Assembly (NCBI GenBank): GCA_032718475.1
Contig: JAUCBJ010002800.1
Location: 1-64,000 of the forward strand
DNA length: 64,000 nucleotides
Reading direction: 5' to 3'
Source: Nemertoderma westbladi
Taxonomy: Eukaryota > Animalia > Xenacoelomorpha
Position numbers and translations under genes: made by a program. Shown piece by piece: positions 61,301 through 64,000 of this stretch (position 1 is its first letter; each line of letters opens with the position of its first letter). The notes beneath the pieces are model-generated. The model saw only the letters and a program-made list of their open reading frames with translations, searched no databases and was not told where the DNA came from.

Positions 61301-64000
61301 AAGTTATATTGGTTACCCATGGAGTAATTAAAGTTATATTGGCTACCCATGGAGTAATTAAAGTTATATTGGCTACCCATGGAGTAATTAAAGTTATATT
61401 TGTTACCCATGGAGTAATTAAAGTTATATTGGCTACCCATGGAGTAATTAAAGTTATATGAGCTACTCCGTAATTAAAGTTATATTGGTTACCCATGGAG
61501 TAATTAAAGTTATATTGGCTACCCATGGAGTAATTAAAGTTATATTTGTTACCCATGGAGTAATTAAAGTTATATTTGTTACCCATGGAGTAATTAAAGT
61601 TATATTGGTTACCCATGTAGTAATTAAAGTTATATTGGTTACCCAAGGAGTAATTAAAGTTATATTAGCTACTCCGTAATTAAAGTTATATTGGTTACCC
61701 AAGGAGTAATTAAAGTTATATTGGCTACCCATGGAGTAATTAAAGTTATATTGGCTACCCATGGAGTAATTAAAGTTATATTTGTTACCCATGGAGTAAT
61801 TAAAGTTATATTGGCTACCCATGGAGTAATTAAAGTTATATTGGCTACCCATGGAGTAATTAAAGTTATATTTGTTACCCATGGAGTAATTAAAGTTATA
61901 TTGGCTACCCATGGAGTAATTAAAGTTATATTGGCTACCCATGGAGTAATTAAAGTTATATCGGCTACCCATGGAGTAATTAAAGTTATATTGGCTACCC
62001 ATGGAGTAATTAAAGTTATATTTGTTACCCATGGAGTAATTAAAGTTATATTGGCTACCCATGGAGTAATTAAAGTTATATCGGCTACCCATGGAGTAAT
62101 TAAAGTTATATTGGCTACCCATGGAGTAATTAAAGTTATATTTGTTACCCATGGAGTAATTAAAGTTATATTGGCTACCCATGGAGTAATTAAAGTTATA
62201 TTAGCTACTCCGTAATTAAAGTTATATTGGCTACTCCGTAATTAAAGTTATATTGGTTACCCAAGGAGTAATTAAAGTTATATTAGCTACTCCGTAATTA
62301 AAGTTATATTGGTTACCCAAGGAGTAATTAAAGTTATATTGGCTACCCATGGAGTAATTAAAGTTATATTGGCTACCCATGGAGTAATTAAAGTTATATT
62401 GGCTACCCAAGGAGTAATTAAAGTTATATTGGCTACCCATGGAGTAATTAAAGTTATATTGGCTACTCATGGAGTAATTAAAGTTATATGAGCTACTCCG
62501 TAATTAAAGTTATATTGGCTACTCCGTAATTAAAGTTATATTGGTTACCCAAGGAGTAATTAAAGTTATATTGGCTACCCATGGAGTAATTAAAGTTATA
62601 TTGGCTACCCATGGAGTAATTAAAGTTATATTGGCTACCCAAGGAGTAATTAAAGTTATATTGGCTACCCATGGAGTAATTAAAGTTATATTGGCTACCC
62701 ATGGAGTAATTAAAGTTATTGGCTACCCATGGAGTAATTAAAGTTATATTGGCTACCCATGGAGTAATTAAAGTTATATTGGCTACCCAAGGAGTAATTA
62801 AAGTTATATTAGCTACTCCGTAATTAAAGTTATATTGGCTACTCCGTAATTAAAGTTATATTGGTTACCCAAGGAGTAATTAAAGTTATATTGGCTACCC
62901 ATGGAGTAATTAAAGTTATATTGGCTACCCATGGAGTAATTAAAGTTATATTGGCTACCCAAGGAGTAATTAAAGTTATATTGGCTACCCATGGAGTAAT
63001 TAAAGTTATATTGGCTACCCATGGAGTAATTAAAGTTATTGGCTACCCATGGAGTAATTAAAGTTATTGGCTACCCATGGAGTAATTAAAGTTATTGGCT
63101 ACCCATGGAGTAATTAAAGTTATATTGGCTACCCATGGAGTAATTAAAGTTATATTGGCTACCCATGGAGTAATTAAAGTTATATTAGCTACTCCGTAAT
63201 TAAAGTTATATTAGCTACTCCGTAATTAAAGTTATATTGGCTACCCAAGGAGTAATTAAAGTTATATTGGCTACCCATGGAGTAATTAAAGTTATATTGG
63301 CTACCCATGGAGTAATTAAAGTTATATTTGTTACCCATGGAGTAATTAAAGTTATATTGGCTACTCATGGAGTAATTAAAGTTATATGAGCTACTCCGTA
63401 ATTAAAGTTATATTGGCTACCCATGGAGTAATTAAAGTTATATTTGTTACCCATGGAGTAATTAAAGTTATATTGGCTACCCATGGAGTAATTAAAGTTA
63501 TATTGGCTACCCATGGAGTAATTAAAGTTATATTGGCTACTCATGGAGTAATTAAAGTTATATGAGCTACTCCGTAATTAAAGTTATATTGGTTACCCAT
63601 GGAGTAATTAAAGTTATATTGGCTACCCATGGAGTAATTAAAGTTATATTGGCTACCCATGGAGTAATTAAAGTTATATTTGTTACCCATGGAGTAATTA
63701 AAGTTATATTGGCTACCCATGGAGTAATTAAAGTTATATGAGCTACTCCGTAATTAAAGTTATATTGGTTACCCATGGAGTAATTAAAGTTATATTGGCT
63801 ACCCATGGAGTAATTAAAGTTATATTTGTTACCCATGGAGTAATTAAAGTTATATTTGTTACCCATGGAGTAATTAAAGTTATATTGGTTACCCATGTAG
63901 TAATTAAAGTTATATTGGTTACCCAAGGAGTAATTAAAGTTATATTAGCTACTCCGTAATTAAAGTTATATTGGTTACCCAAGGAGTAATTAAAGTTATA
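46399..64000. repeat. 30-bp satellite array, right block (runs off the window)
   Basis: Same 30-bp unit, now rich in the 26-bp variant TAGCTACTCCGTAATTAAAGTTATAT and its ATGAGCTACTCC derivative. Confidence 0.99.

Noticed and set aside
13816-63982. Well over a hundred ORFs of (ATHGVIKVIL)n, (MGSQYNFNYS)n and (WVANITLITP)n
   Set aside because: They result from a 30-bp unit with stop-free frames on both strands. Frequent 28- and 26-bp units break frame freely, and there is no splice or promoter context.

Overview
Animal (probably bilaterian invertebrate) genomic DNA. Bases 126-5013 hold the last eight exons of a Notch receptor gene on the + strand: post-RAM/NLS segment, ankyrin repeats, a low-complexity TAD with a coding 21-bp minisatellite, and PEST. 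All eight exons join in frame through GT-AG introns. A 2.3-kb 20-bp satellite follows, probably inside the Notch 3' UTR. Next come two oppositely oriented decayed copies of one RTE-like LINE. The minus-strand copy is split by a 1.6-kb Helentron/HINE-like element whose 315-bp tandem repeats carry six co-oriented CTCF-type motifs. From about 13347 to the window end runs a 30-bp satellite array with 28- and 26-bp variants, kb-scale higher-order duplications and position-dependent variant domains. It is interrupted at 39396-46398 by a very young 7.0-kb LTR retroelement with 550-bp LTRs identical by eye, a TATAT target duplication and a PPT. The element encodes only a BEL/Pao-type Gag and no pol. 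It lacks a canonical tRNA PBS and carries an array of about 20 conserved-stem hairpins where pol would be. The best leads are this gag-only element and the TE-borne CTCF motif cluster between Notch and the satellite. The many ORFs in the satellite are artefacts of the 30-bp period. All homology calls come from recalled motifs, not database searches.
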